Origin: an uncultured Candidatus Saccharibacteria bacterium
GTDB lineage: Bacteria; Patescibacteriota; Minisyncoccia; Phycocordibacterales; UBA12088
Length of the DNA: 64,000 nucleotides
NCBI GenBank assembly: GCA_964567265.1
Contig: CAZMLK010000001.1
Coordinates: 262,574 to 326,573 of the forward strand
Reading direction: 5' to 3'
The notes under the pieces were generated by a model. That model worked only from the letters and a program-made list of their open reading frames with translations. It was not told the DNA's origin and did no database searches. A program made the position numbers and the translations under genes. This document shows positions 52,847 to 61,914 of this stretch, piece after piece. How positions within the stretch are numbered: position 1 is the first letter of the stretch; each line of letters starts with the position of its first letter.

Positions 52847-55444
52847 ATGCAGGACAAAATCGTCGTCAAAGGCGCGAAAACTCACAATCTCAAGAACGTC
52901 ACGGTAGAAATGCCGCGGAACAAGATGATCGTGATGACCGGGCTCTCTGGATCAGGGAAGTCGTCGTTGGCATTCGACACCATTTTCGCGGAAGGACAGC
53001 GCCGCTACGTCGAATCGCTCTCCGCGTACGCGCGACAGTTCCTTAACCAGATGCAGAAGCCCGATGTCGAGGAGATTACCGGCCTCTCGCCGGCGATCTC
53101 GATCGATCAGAAGAGCCGCTCCAACAACCCGCGCTCGACGGTCGCGACCATCACTGAGATCTACGACTACCTCCGCATCCTCTACGCTCGCGTCGGCAAG
53201 GCATACTGCCTCCAATGCGGCCATGAGATCGTGAAGCTCTCGAACGAGGAAATGATCAAGATCGCCGAGAAGATCGTCTCCGAAGGCAATTTCACGGGCG
53301 ACAAGAAGAAAGTCCTCGGCGTCGAATATACGGACGCGAAGCTGCGCATCTACGCGCCTCTGATCGTTGGCCGGAAGGGCGAGTACTACCAACTCCTCTA
53401 TGATCTGCTCGGCAAGGGATATGAGCGCGCGAAGATCGACGGCGAGGTCATGAACCTCCGCGAGAAGATCGAGCTCGACCGTAACAAGCGCCACGACATC
53501 GACATCCTCGTCGATGAGATTTTCGTAAGCGAATTCACGGAAAACGCGAAGAACGCGCGGGAGCGCCTCTCGGAAGGCCTCGAGCTCGCGCTTGAGGAGG
53601 GAAGCGGGCTCGTCCGGCTTGAGGGGCCGGATGGCGTCGTGAAGACATTGTCTGCGAAATTCATCTGTCCGATAGACGGCTCGTCGTTCGTGGAGATCGA
53701 GCCGCGCCTTTTCTCCTTCAATTCACCATATGGCGCTTGCCCGGAATGTAACGGGCTTGGCACGGTTGGTTTTTTCAACATGGACGTCTGTCCGGTGTGC
53801 GAAGGCAAGCGCCTCCGCCCCGAAGCCTTGAACGTCTTTATCGGCGGCGACAATCCGAACAGGGGCGGCAAGGGCATCAATATCGTCGACTACACCTCTC
53901 TCTCGATCAAAGATGCGATGGACACCATCCTGGGGCTCAAGCTCACGAAGAAGGAGCAGGAAATCTCTGGTGTCGTGCTGAAGGAAATCATGAATCGTCT
54001 CCAATTCATGATCAACGTGGGCATCGAGTACCTGACCCTCGACCGTCGCGCGAACACCCTCTCGGGTGGTGAGGCGCAGCGCATCCGCTTGGCTTCGCAG
54101 CTCGGCAGCGGCCTCGTCGGCGCCCTTTATGTCCTCGACGAACCGACCATCGGACTTCACCAGCGCGACAATGACCGCCTCATCCAGACGCTTCTCAAGC
54201 TCCGCGATCTCGGCAACACCATCATCGTTGTCGAGCACGATGAAGACACAATCTACGCGGGCGACTATCTCATTGATATCGGCCCCGGGGCGGGCGTCCA
54301 CGGCGGGGAGATCGTCGTTGCTGACTATCTTGAAAAACTCCTGACCGCAAAGAAAAATGTGTCAGGCTCGCGCACGCTCGCGTATCTCCGCGGCGAGAAA
54401 TCGATCCCGATTCCTTCTGAGCGCCGAAGCGATGACCGCGGCATGCTCCGCATCCGGAACGGGAACGCCTTCAACATTAAGAACCTCGACGTGGATATCC
54501 CGCTCGGGCGGCTGATTACGGTCACTGGCGTTTCTGGCTCCGGAAAATCGACATTCCTCTACGAGATCCTCGACAAGAATCTCCGTGCGCGGCTCGAGAA
54601 GAAGTACCGCACGAACGATCTCTATAACGTCTCTTCGTTCACGGGCACCGAATACGTCTCCCGTGTAGTCCTTATCGACCAGTCCGCGATCGGCCGCACG
54701 CCTCGTTCGAATCCTGCTACCTATACTGGCGCCTTCACTTATATCCGCGAGCTCTTCGCGGAAACATCAGAAGCGCGCGTCCGCGGCTGGAAGCCGAGCC
54801 GGTTCTCGTTCAACGTGAAAGGCGGACGCTGCGAGGCGTGCCAGGGAAACGGCGAGATCGCCGTCGAGATGCACTTCCTCCCGACCGTCTATGTGACCTG
54901 CGATGTCTGCAACGGCAAGCGCTTTATGAAAGAGACGCTCGAAGTGCGCTTCAATAAGAAGAATATCTACGAAGTCCTCAACATGACCGTCGAGGAAGCA
55001 ATGAGCTTCTTCAAGGAGATCCCGCAGATTTCAGATCGTCTGAATACGCTTATGGATGTGGGCCTCGGGTATCTCACGCTCGGCCAGAGCGCGACGACGC
55101 TCTCGGGCGGCGAGGCGCAGCGCGTGAAGATCTCTTCTGAGCTCTATCGCCCGCATGTGCAGAAGACCATCTACCTCCTCGATGAGCCGACGGTCGGGCT
55201 CCACTACGACGATGTGCAGAAGCTCATCGATATCCTCCAGGAGCTCGTGAATCGCGGCAATACGGTCGCCGTGATCGAGCACAACATGGACGTGATCAAG
55301 AATGCGGATTTCATCGTCGATATCGGTCCTGAGGGGGGAGTCGGTGGCGGCAACATCGTTGCCAAGGGGACTCCGGAGGAAGTCGCGAGGACCAAGGGCT
55401 CGCACACCGGCCACTATCTCAAGAAAGTACTGGCAAAAAATTAG
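52847..55444 (+). CDS. uvrA: excinuclease ABC subunit A
   Basis: Two ABC ATPase modules ([18 protein letters not shown]), LSGGEAQR signatures and zinc-finger Cys clusters. Confidence 0.95.
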   Translation: MQDKIVVKGAKTHNLKNVTVEMPRNKMIVMTGLSGSGKSSLAFDTIFAEGQRRYVESLSAYARQFLNQMQKPDVEEITGLSPAISIDQKSRSNNPRSTVATITEIYDYLRILYARVGKAYCLQCGHEIVKLSNEEMIKIAEKIVSEGNFTGDKKKVLGVEYTDAKLRIYAPLIVGRKGEYYQLLYDLLGKGYERAKIDGEVMNLREKIELDRNKRHDIDILVDEIFVSEFTENAKNARERLSEGLELALEEGSGLVRLEGPDGVVKTLSAKFICPIDGSSFVEIEPRLFSFNSPYGACPECNGLGTVGFFNMDVCPVCEGKRLRPEALNVFIGGDNPNRGGKGINIVDYTSLSIKDAMDTILGLKLTKKEQEISGVVLKEIMNRLQFMINVGIEYLTLDRRANTLSGGEAQRIRLASQLGSGLVGALYVLDEPTIGLHQRDNDRLIQTLLKLRDLGNTIIVVEHDEDTIYAGDYLIDIGPGAGVHGGEIVVADYLEKLLTAKKNVSGSRTLAYLRGEKSIPIPSERRSDDRGMLRIRNGNAFNIKNLDVDIPLGRLITVTGVSGSGKSTFLYEILDKNLRARLEKKYRTNDLYNVSSFTGTEYVSRVVLIDQSAIGRTPRSNPATYTGAFTYIRELFAETSEARVRGWKPSRFSFNVKGGRCEACQGNGEIAVEMHFLPTVYVTCDVCNGKRFMKETLEVRFNKKNIYEVLNMTVEEAMSFFKEIPQISDRLNTLMDVGLGYLTLGQSATTLSGGEAQRVKISSELYRPHVQKTIYLLDEPTVGLHYDDVQKLIDILQELVNRGNTVAVIEHNMDVIKNADFIVDIGPEGGVGGGNIVAKGTPEEVARTKGSHTGHYLKKVLAKN

Positions 55445-55504
55445 GACGCGATTGACAATTCGACTCTGAATCGTACTATCATCTCCAGACAATGGTGCAC
55501 TGGA

Positions 55505-55888
55505 GTGCTGGAAATGAGACAGTTGGTTGCTCGAGCGAGGCGTGCTGTTCGGGGAGAATGGAATTCCTACGTTGAAGCCAGGCAAAGCCTCAAGCTCCAT
55601 TACTTCCTTCGGGAAGGGAAGATGCTGCGTACCTGGCAGTTATTCATTTTCAAAGGTCTCAAGGAACTTTTCCGCCAATGCTACGGCCGCGCGGATTGGC
55701 GATTCTTGGCGATCCAAGCCGTCGCTTTCTTGTGGATCCTGTGCGCACCGCTCTTTGAGGGAATTAGAATGACCTTCAATGATTTTGTTTTCGGGGGAAT
55801 GTTCGTATTTTTGGGAATCTATGTGATCATGCCGGTCATGCTCGTCCTCCTGGCATCACTCTTCCACAAGCCCGCACGTCGCTCCTGA
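55505..55888 (+). CDS. hypothetical membrane protein
   Basis: 127-aa ORF with a C-terminal pair of TM helices, followed by a terminator. Confidence 0.4.
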   Translation: MLEMRQLVARARRAVRGEWNSYVEARQSLKLHYFLREGKMLRTWQLFIFKGLKELFRQCYGRADWRFLAIQAVAFLWILCAPLFEGIRMTFNDFVFGGMFVFLGIYVIMPVMLVLLASLFHKPARRS

Positions 55889-55895
55889 CGAACTG

Positions 55896-55934
55896 CCCCT
55901 TCCTGCACTGAATGCGGGAAGGGGATTTGCTTTT
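55896..55934 (+). terminator. rho-independent terminator
   Basis: CCCCTTCC tgcactgaatgc GGGAAGGGG followed by ATTTGCTTTT. Confidence 0.6.
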
Positions 55935-55976
55935 GAATACGTACTTGCGGAATAGGTGGTTTGTGGGCAGGAGGCC

Positions 55977-55985
55977 TGGTATACT
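55977..55985 (+). promoter_or_regulatory. extended -10 promoter element TGGTATACT
   Basis: About 45 nt upstream of ATG 56032, with a strong AGGAGG SD at 56018-56023. Confidence 0.45.
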
Positions 55986-56031
55986 AAGGGCTTAGACCTC
56001 TCCACCCAGCTTTCCGTAGGAGGAAATCGGA

Positions 56032-56316
56032 ATGGCCGAACAAAAACCTGCGCTCATGATGAATGGGCACAGCGTCGCATTCATGTGGGCTGTGGTCGCA
56101 CCGATGCGCTTGCGACGCGCCACGGATGCGCCGAATGAATCGACATACCAGTTCATACTACGCGTGCTCGAGAAGCCAGACACCATCTCTTCCACTGCAG
56201 ATCTGCGTGTTTTTTGTGAATGGGTACTTGAATGCCAAGCCCGGCTTACGGACTGGGAGCGGTGGCACTTGCACGACTTGTTCCCCTCACTGTCCTGGCT
56301 CGCACTCGCTGCGTGA
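56032..56316 (+). CDS. hypothetical protein
   Basis: AGGAGG SD 8 nt upstream. 94 aa with no recognisable domain. Confidence 0.4.
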   Translation: MAEQKPALMMNGHSVAFMWAVVAPMRLRRATDAPNESTYQFILRVLEKPDTISSTADLRVFCEWVLECQARLTDWERWHLHDLFPSLSWLALAA

Positions 56317-56430
56317 ATCCGACCTTGGCGCCCTCGCGGGCGCCATCTCTTTTATCGCTCTTGCACAGAATCCATTTCGGGCGTTCACTATGTAGCGAAC
56401 AAGGGCCTTTTTCGGACTCGGAGAAGTCCT

Positions 56431-56658
56431 ATGCAAGCTCGCGACACGATTATCATGCAAGCGACCAGTACATTGTTTGTATGCGGATTACAGGAAGCCC
56501 GTCTGGCTGAATTCGCTGCAGAAGTCACGAGGTGTCTGCGCTCCTATCCGCAAAAACAGGCGCTCGAGATCCATCGGAATTTGCCGGATATGCTCGCAGA
56601 ACACATCCCGGTGAAAAGCATCCTCAACGGAAACAGCCGGCACTGCGTCGGCCACTGA
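56431..56658 (+). CDS. hypothetical small protein
   Basis: 75-aa ORF with weak signals. Confidence 0.25.
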   Translation: MQARDTIIMQATSTLFVCGLQEARLAEFAAEVTRCLRSYPQKQALEIHRNLPDMLAEHIPVKSILNGNSRHCVGH

Positions 56659-56751
56659 ACATAAGAGATCTGATGGCGTTCCGGATTCGGGGAGCGCCAT
56701 CTTTGTGTATGGATTTCGCATCGGTTCCCATTCTGGTACCATTGGCCACGT

Positions 56752-57993
56752 ATGGAGAAAGCACATCTGGTAAAACGGAAGCTCCCAGACACGCCCGGCG
56801 TGTATTTTTTCCTGGGTCCGCGTAAGAAGATCCTGTACATCGGCAAGGCGACATCGCTCCGCTCGCGCGTGCGGAGCTATTTCGACGCGGATATCGCGGC
56901 CAAGCGGAGCCCGCTCATCGCCCAGATGGTTGCGGAGGCAAAGACCATCGACTTCCGGAAGACCGACTCTGTCCTCGAAGCGCTGATTCTTGAAGCAAAT
57001 CTGATCACGCATTGGAAACCCGCCTACAACACAGACGGCAAGGACGACAAGAGCTTTAATTATGTAGTGATCACGAACGAGGAGATCCCGCGCGTTCTTA
57101 TGGTCCGCGCGCATGAGCTCTATCAGACGTATGAGGAGAGCGAGCTCAAGCGAGTGTTCGGGCCGTTCCCGCATGCAGCGCAGCTCAAGGAAGCCCTCCA
57201 TCTCGTGCGGAAGATCTTCCCGTTCTTCGACACCAAGAAGCCAGTCCTCGCGAACATGACGCCGCACGAGGCAGGGAAGATCCGCTTCAACCAGCAGATC
57301 GGCGTGTACCCGAGCATGCTGTCTTCTGATGAATATGCGCGTTCAATCCGCCACATCATTCTTCTGTTCGAAGGGAAGAAGCCGCTCCTCGTTCGAGAGC
57401 TGAAGAAGGAAATGAAACTCGCTGCCTCGGAGCAGCGCTTCGAAGATGCAGAACGCGCGAAACGCCAGATGTTCGCGCTCACGCATCTTCGTGATATCGC
57501 CCTCATCAAGGAAGACATGGCGGCCGGCCCTGGGGATTTCAGGATCGAGGCATATGACATCGCGCATCTGGGCGGCAAGGCGATGACGGGCGTCATGGTC
57601 GTGGTCGAGGACGGAGTCGCAAAGAAATCAGACTACCGCAAATTTAAGGTTCGCACAGTGGCAGCCTCGAATGACACGAAGGCGCTCAAGGAAGTGATTG
57701 AGCGGCGCCTCGGACACTCAGAATGGCCGCTTCCGAACCTCATAGTCGTTGATGGGGGCCAGGCGCAGATCAACGCTGCAGAATCAGTGCTCGCCACCTT
57801 CGGCTACATGATCCCGGTCACGAGCGTGGTCAAGGATGACAAGCACCGCGCCCGCGACATCATGGGCGACCAGCTCCATCGAAAGCTCCGGGAAAAGGAG
57901 ATCCTTCTCGCCAACGCAGAGGCGCATCGCTTCGCGATCGCCTATCACCGCCTCACAGGACGCCGAGCGCTCATCAGGCCCTCGAACGGATAA
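56752..57993 (+). CDS. uvrC: excinuclease ABC subunit C, short form lacking the C-terminal HhH domain
   Basis: GIY-YIG motifs (PGVYFFLGPRKKILYIGKATSLRSRVRSY), a UVR-like helix (RFEDAERAKRQ) and the UvrC RNase H-like endonuclease domain (AYDIAHLGG...LIVVDGGQAQ). Confidence 0.85.
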   Translation: MEKAHLVKRKLPDTPGVYFFLGPRKKILYIGKATSLRSRVRSYFDADIAAKRSPLIAQMVAEAKTIDFRKTDSVLEALILEANLITHWKPAYNTDGKDDKSFNYVVITNEEIPRVLMVRAHELYQTYEESELKRVFGPFPHAAQLKEALHLVRKIFPFFDTKKPVLANMTPHEAGKIRFNQQIGVYPSMLSSDEYARSIRHIILLFEGKKPLLVRELKKEMKLAASEQRFEDAERAKRQMFALTHLRDIALIKEDMAAGPGDFRIEAYDIAHLGGKAMTGVMVVVEDGVAKKSDYRKFKVRTVAASNDTKALKEVIERRLGHSEWPLPNLIVVDGGQAQINAAESVLATFGYMIPVTSVVKDDKHRARDIMGDQLHRKLREKEILLANAEAHRFAIAYHRLTGRRALIRPSNG

Positions 57994-58030
57994 AAACTGT
58001 GGACAGCCTTGGGTGGTATACTGGTCGCAT

Positions 58031-58999
58031 ATGCAGAAGAAGCGCATCGGCGTCCTACGTGGAGGGCCATCCAGCGAATACGAGGTCTCCCTGAAGACGG
58101 GTGCGAGCATTTTGAAGCATCTTCCGAGCGAACGATACGAGGGGAAGGATATCCTCATCGACCGATCCGGAGTGTGGCACTTGCGCGGACTCCCGATTGA
58201 GCCCCGGCGTGCGCTCAGCCAGGTGGATGTCGTCATCAACGGACTGCATGGTACGTACGGCGAGGATGGGACGGTGCAGAAGATCCTCCAGATGCACAAT
58301 GTGCCCTATACGGGTTCCGATGCGCTCTCTTCCGGTATCGCGATGAATAAGGTGATGACCAAGACCCGTGCCGCGGCAGCGGGGCTCAAGCTCGCAAACC
58401 AGATCGTGCTCTCGATGCCTCGAGATGAAGAGGTCTCGCTTTCGGATGTCTACAAGATGCTCTCGCCGCCGATCGTCATCAAGCCCGCCGATGGCGGCTC
58501 ATCGGTCGGCACCATGGTTGCGCGGACATTCGATCAATTTTTGGTGGGCGTTCCCGCGGCATTCGCGCATTCGAACACCGTACTCCTAGAGGAATTTGTG
58601 TTCGGAAAGGAGGCCACCTGTGGGGTCATTGATGATTTCCGCGGTGAGGAAATTTACGCACTCCCGCCAATCGAGATTCGCCCCCCGAAGGACAGACCGT
58701 TTTTTGACTATGACGCTAAGTACACCGGCGTGACGCAAGAAATCTGCCCGGGCAATTTCACCGCATCCGAAAAGCGTGCGATTGAAGAGGCTGCGAAAGC
58801 GATCCATCGCGAAATCGGCCTCCGACACTATTCGCGCTCTGACTTCATTGTCTCGAAGAAGGGGATTTACTTCCTTGAGGTGAATACGCTGCCGGGCATG
58901 ACTTCGGAATCCCTCCTCCCGAAAGCTTTGGCAGCAGTGGGGTGCAGCTACCCGGACTTCCTTGATCACCTGGTCGGTCTTGCGGAACGTACGCATTGA
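58031..58999 (+). CDS. ddl: D-alanine--D-alanine ligase
   Basis: IGVLRGGPSSEYEVSL, HGTYGEDGTVQ and EVNTLPGMT motifs. Confidence 0.9.
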   Translation: MQKKRIGVLRGGPSSEYEVSLKTGASILKHLPSERYEGKDILIDRSGVWHLRGLPIEPRRALSQVDVVINGLHGTYGEDGTVQKILQMHNVPYTGSDALSSGIAMNKVMTKTRAAAAGLKLANQIVLSMPRDEEVSLSDVYKMLSPPIVIKPADGGSSVGTMVARTFDQFLVGVPAAFAHSNTVLLEEFVFGKEATCGVIDDFRGEEIYALPPIEIRPPKDRPFFDYDAKYTGVTQEICPGNFTASEKRAIEEAAKAIHREIGLRHYSRSDFIVSKKGIYFLEVNTLPGMTSESLLPKALAAVGCSYPDFLDHLVGLAERTH

Positions 59000-59062
59000 C
59001 TCCCGTCCTAAGGCGTGTTTTGATAATAGCAGCAAGTTCAAGCTCATTACGGGGTTTATACG

Positions 59063-59596
59063 ATGACGGTTCAGGATCTCGAAGCAGTTGCCTTTTCGGA
59101 TAGAACACGACGCATCCTTTTGTCTCACCTGCGAAATGCATTCCCGCGCATTAATCGAGCGGATATCGAGGACGTGGTCCAAGAGACGCTCATTACAGCA
59201 CACGCAAATCTTCACCGGTACGATCCGGAGCGTAGTCCCTTTCTCGGATGGCTCCATGTGATTGCAGACTCGCGAGCTATCGATCACCTTCGGAAATGCA
59301 GGACCATTACGCTTCACAATGATTGCATTGCGGAACACCGTACTCCTGAGCGAGCCGTTTGCGGGCGTGAGATGCTCCAAAAGATATTCCAAGCATTCGA
59401 TCCTGCACCTGGCCGGCCTTGCTTTAAGAATGGTGAACGTTACCGAATATTCCTTGTCCTTCGCGCGATGGGAGTCAAGGAATCGGAAATGCAAAGACGA
59501 TTTTCAGTTCCGCCGGGGACGCTGAAGTCTATACGTCGTCTCGCAATGCATGCAGCACTGTATCGATTGGAGCAGCTACAGGGCGAAGCCTTGTAA
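59063..59596 (+). CDS. ECF-subfamily RNA polymerase sigma factor
   Basis: Region 2 (DIEDVVQETLITAHANLHRYDP...FLGWLHVIADSRAIDHLRK) and region 4 HTH. Confidence 0.8.
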   Translation: MTVQDLEAVAFSDRTRRILLSHLRNAFPRINRADIEDVVQETLITAHANLHRYDPERSPFLGWLHVIADSRAIDHLRKCRTITLHNDCIAEHRTPERAVCGREMLQKIFQAFDPAPGRPCFKNGERYRIFLVLRAMGVKESEMQRRFSVPPGTLKSIRRLAMHAALYRLEQLQGEAL

Positions 59597-59599
59597 GCA

Positions 59600-59634
59600 G
59601 CCGGCCACCCCCAGGTGGCCGGCATTTTCTTTCC
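59600..59634 (+). terminator. rho-independent terminator
   Basis: GCCGGCCAC cccccag GTGGCCGGC followed by ATTTTCTTTCCC. Confidence 0.65.
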
Positions 59635-59664
59635 CAAAACTACAAACAGCGGTAGAGTACGTGC

Positions 59665-60009
59665 ATGTCAGAACTTGCCAAAAAACACTGCGAAGCGTGC
59701 GAAAAAAAAGGGACGCCGCTGGCGCTCCCTGCTGCCGAGGAATTCCACAAAGAGGTGTCTCTGTGGCACCTCGCCGAGGACGCATCTAAGATCGAGCGGA
59801 CCTTCCATTTCGGCGATTTCGAGGAAGCGATGGAATTTGTGAACGCGGTCGCGGAGCTGGCGGAAACAGAGGGCCATCATCCTGATTTCTTCATTTCCTG
59901 GAACAAGGTCCGGCTCACCCTTTCCACTCACTCCATCAAGGGGCTGTCCGAAAACGACTTCATTCTGGCCGCGAAAATCGACGAAATCCTTCCCCCGCCA
60001 GAACTTTAA
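59665..60009 (+). CDS. 4a-hydroxytetrahydrobiopterin dehydratase (pterin-4-alpha-carbinolamine dehydratase)
   Basis: EGHHPDF signature with the length and pattern of PCD/DCoH. Confidence 0.85.
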   Translation: MSELAKKHCEACEKKGTPLALPAAEEFHKEVSLWHLAEDASKIERTFHFGDFEEAMEFVNAVAELAETEGHHPDFFISWNKVRLTLSTHSIKGLSENDFILAAKIDEILPPPEL

Positions 60010-60051
60010 AATTCTGGGAAGGTATGGTATTCTCTCGAAGTCCGCAGATAC

Positions 60052-60124
60052 GGGCCCGTAGCTTAGTTGGTAGAGCACCTCATTTGCAATGAGGGGGTCA
60101 GGAGTTCGAATCTCCTCGGGTCCA
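60052..60124 (+). tRNA. tRNA-Ala (anticodon UGC)
   Basis: Cloverleaf folded by hand. Acceptor stem GGGCCCG/CGGGUCC with a G3:U70 wobble pair, D-arm GCUU..GAGC, anticodon loop UUUGCAA, T-arm AGGAG-UUCGAAU-CUCCU and discriminator A73. CCA is not encoded. Confidence 0.9.
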
Positions 60125-60126
60125 CA

Positions 60127-60167
60127 AAATACAAAAGCCCTGCCACTTTGGCAGGGCTTTTGTATTT
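60127..60167. terminator. 19-bp perfect-stem hairpin terminator, bidirectional
   Basis: AAATACAAAAGCCCTGCCA ctt TGGCAGGGCTTTTGTATTT. Inner stem of a larger 89-nt palindrome. Confidence 0.7.
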
Positions 60168-60378
60168 CAGTGAATGACCCGAGGAGATTCGAAAGCCGGA
60201 AAACAATGCTCCCGGGGAGCAGTGTTTGAGGCGGGGTCGCGAACACTGAGCAACTCGTGAGCGAAAATGCGCTCGTCAGGATGTTCCAATCACCAATAAG
60301 AACATTTCCTGGAGAAAGCCAAGATGGTAGCATATCTACTATACGTTTTTTATAAGTCGATTTTTCAAATTTTGAAGC

Positions 60379-61788
60379 ATGTCAACATCACACACCCTGA
60401 AGGCACTCGCATTCGGGATTACACTGCTCGCGTTCGCTCCTATCTCTTACGCGGCATTTGATACCGATCTCCAGTTTGGCGCAAAGGGCGCTGAGACAGT
60501 TGAGCTCCAAAAAGTACTGATTAGTCAAGGATATCTGAACGGGACTGCGACCGGTAATTTCCTTTCGTTGACAAAACAGGCAGTTATCAAATTCCAGAAA
60601 GCGTCGAATGTTCCGGGAACGGGCTATGTAGGCCCGCTGACTCGTGCGAAGCTTAGACTTCTAGTCGGAACCCCTGTTACATCAACTCCAATCATTGCGA
60701 CAACAACGATCGCTGTTCCTGCAGTGCCAGCTCCAAGTGTTTCAACTCCCCAAGTGCCGGCAATTCCATTTTACGTTGCGAAAACTATCTGGGAGTTTTC
60801 CGATAACACGAGCCCGTTCCAACTTCCGGCCACGAATACTCCCCCCGCTTCAAATTTCGTAGACCCAGCACTTTTTACAGAGAAGCAAATAGATCCACGT
60901 GCGATCGTGCTTGTGCGGTGCCTGTATGTGCCTGACTACTCCAAAACGAGTTACAAGGGAAGTACCGAACCCCAAGTGTTTTCAGGTACGGGCGTCGTCG
61001 TTTCGCCGGAAGGGCATATTCTCTCGGCTGGCCATATCTTGAATGGTGCAGTGCTGCTTGAAGAGTCGGGCTCGAATGTCACTTGGACAAGAAAGGGGTG
61101 CGACATTGCGCCAACATCTTCCTCACTAACCCCTATAGACCCATCTGCTGGTGTTTCAAATAAAACACACTTCGATCCTGTGGAAATCGTCTTCGAACCT
61201 TCCGCAACGGAGTTCAATGTCATCAAGGTGACTGATCCAGACAGCCCCGGAAAGACAATAACGCTTGGAGGAGGTGCCGATCTTGATTTCGCCCTCCTGC
61301 AGGTGAAGGGTCTCAATCTTCCGTATGCGCCCCTTGCGTCAAAATTGCTTTCTCTGAAGCCTGGCGAAAAAACAATAGGGCTTGGATACCCTGGAGTTGC
61401 CGGTAACCCATATGGGTTGGAGCGTATCGACGGACAGTTTGATGGATATATCTGGTCAGAATATTCCACATGTGTAGGGAAGATGATCGTTGAGCGCTGT
61501 GGAGTCAGTTACCAGACAAAACGCTATAAGAATGAGTACAAGAAGCTCTACGGCGTCCAGACTGAACTCGGCAAACATACGAGTTACTTCCGCGGCGGTT
61601 TCTCAGGCGGACCATTGTTCTATAAAGGAAATGTTATCGGCATCATTACATTCGGACGCGAAAATTCCTACACCAATCTGTATGATCTCTCAACGGTCGG
61701 ACTCTGGAACTGGGTGGTCGCGCTTTCATCCAACGAGATCGTGACGACATTGAGGATGCACGGAATCAATCTCGCAACGGTTCCATAG
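60379..61788 (+). CDS. secreted trypsin-like (S1) serine peptidase with an N-terminal peptidoglycan-binding domain
   Basis: Signal peptide. PG_binding_1-like repeat (ETVELQKVLISQGYL...KFQKASNV). His region LSAGHIL, GGFSGGPLF serine motif. Low GC. Confidence 0.7.
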   Translation: MSTSHTLKALAFGITLLAFAPISYAAFDTDLQFGAKGAETVELQKVLISQGYLNGTATGNFLSLTKQAVIKFQKASNVPGTGYVGPLTRAKLRLLVGTPVTSTPIIATTTIAVPAVPAPSVSTPQVPAIPFYVAKTIWEFSDNTSPFQLPATNTPPASNFVDPALFTEKQIDPRAIVLVRCLYVPDYSKTSYKGSTEPQVFSGTGVVVSPEGHILSAGHILNGAVLLEESGSNVTWTRKGCDIAPTSSSLTPIDPSAGVSNKTHFDPVEIVFEPSATEFNVIKVTDPDSPGKTITLGGGADLDFALLQVKGLNLPYAPLASKLLSLKPGEKTIGLGYPGVAGNPYGLERIDGQFDGYIWSEYSTCVGKMIVERCGVSYQTKRYKNEYKKLYGVQTELGKHTSYFRGGFSGGPLFYKGNVIGIITFGRENSYTNLYDLSTVGLWNWVVALSSNEIVTTLRMHGINLATVP

Positions 61789-61914
61789 AGCCTACGATCA
61801 ATGCTCGAGCAGAGTAATGTTGTCCGCGTTCTTCCTTGCCACGCGCATGATTTCGTGTTTTATTTCCGCTAGACCAATGGCGCATTCCGCGCCATATGAG
61901 TGGAGTTGCTTGTC

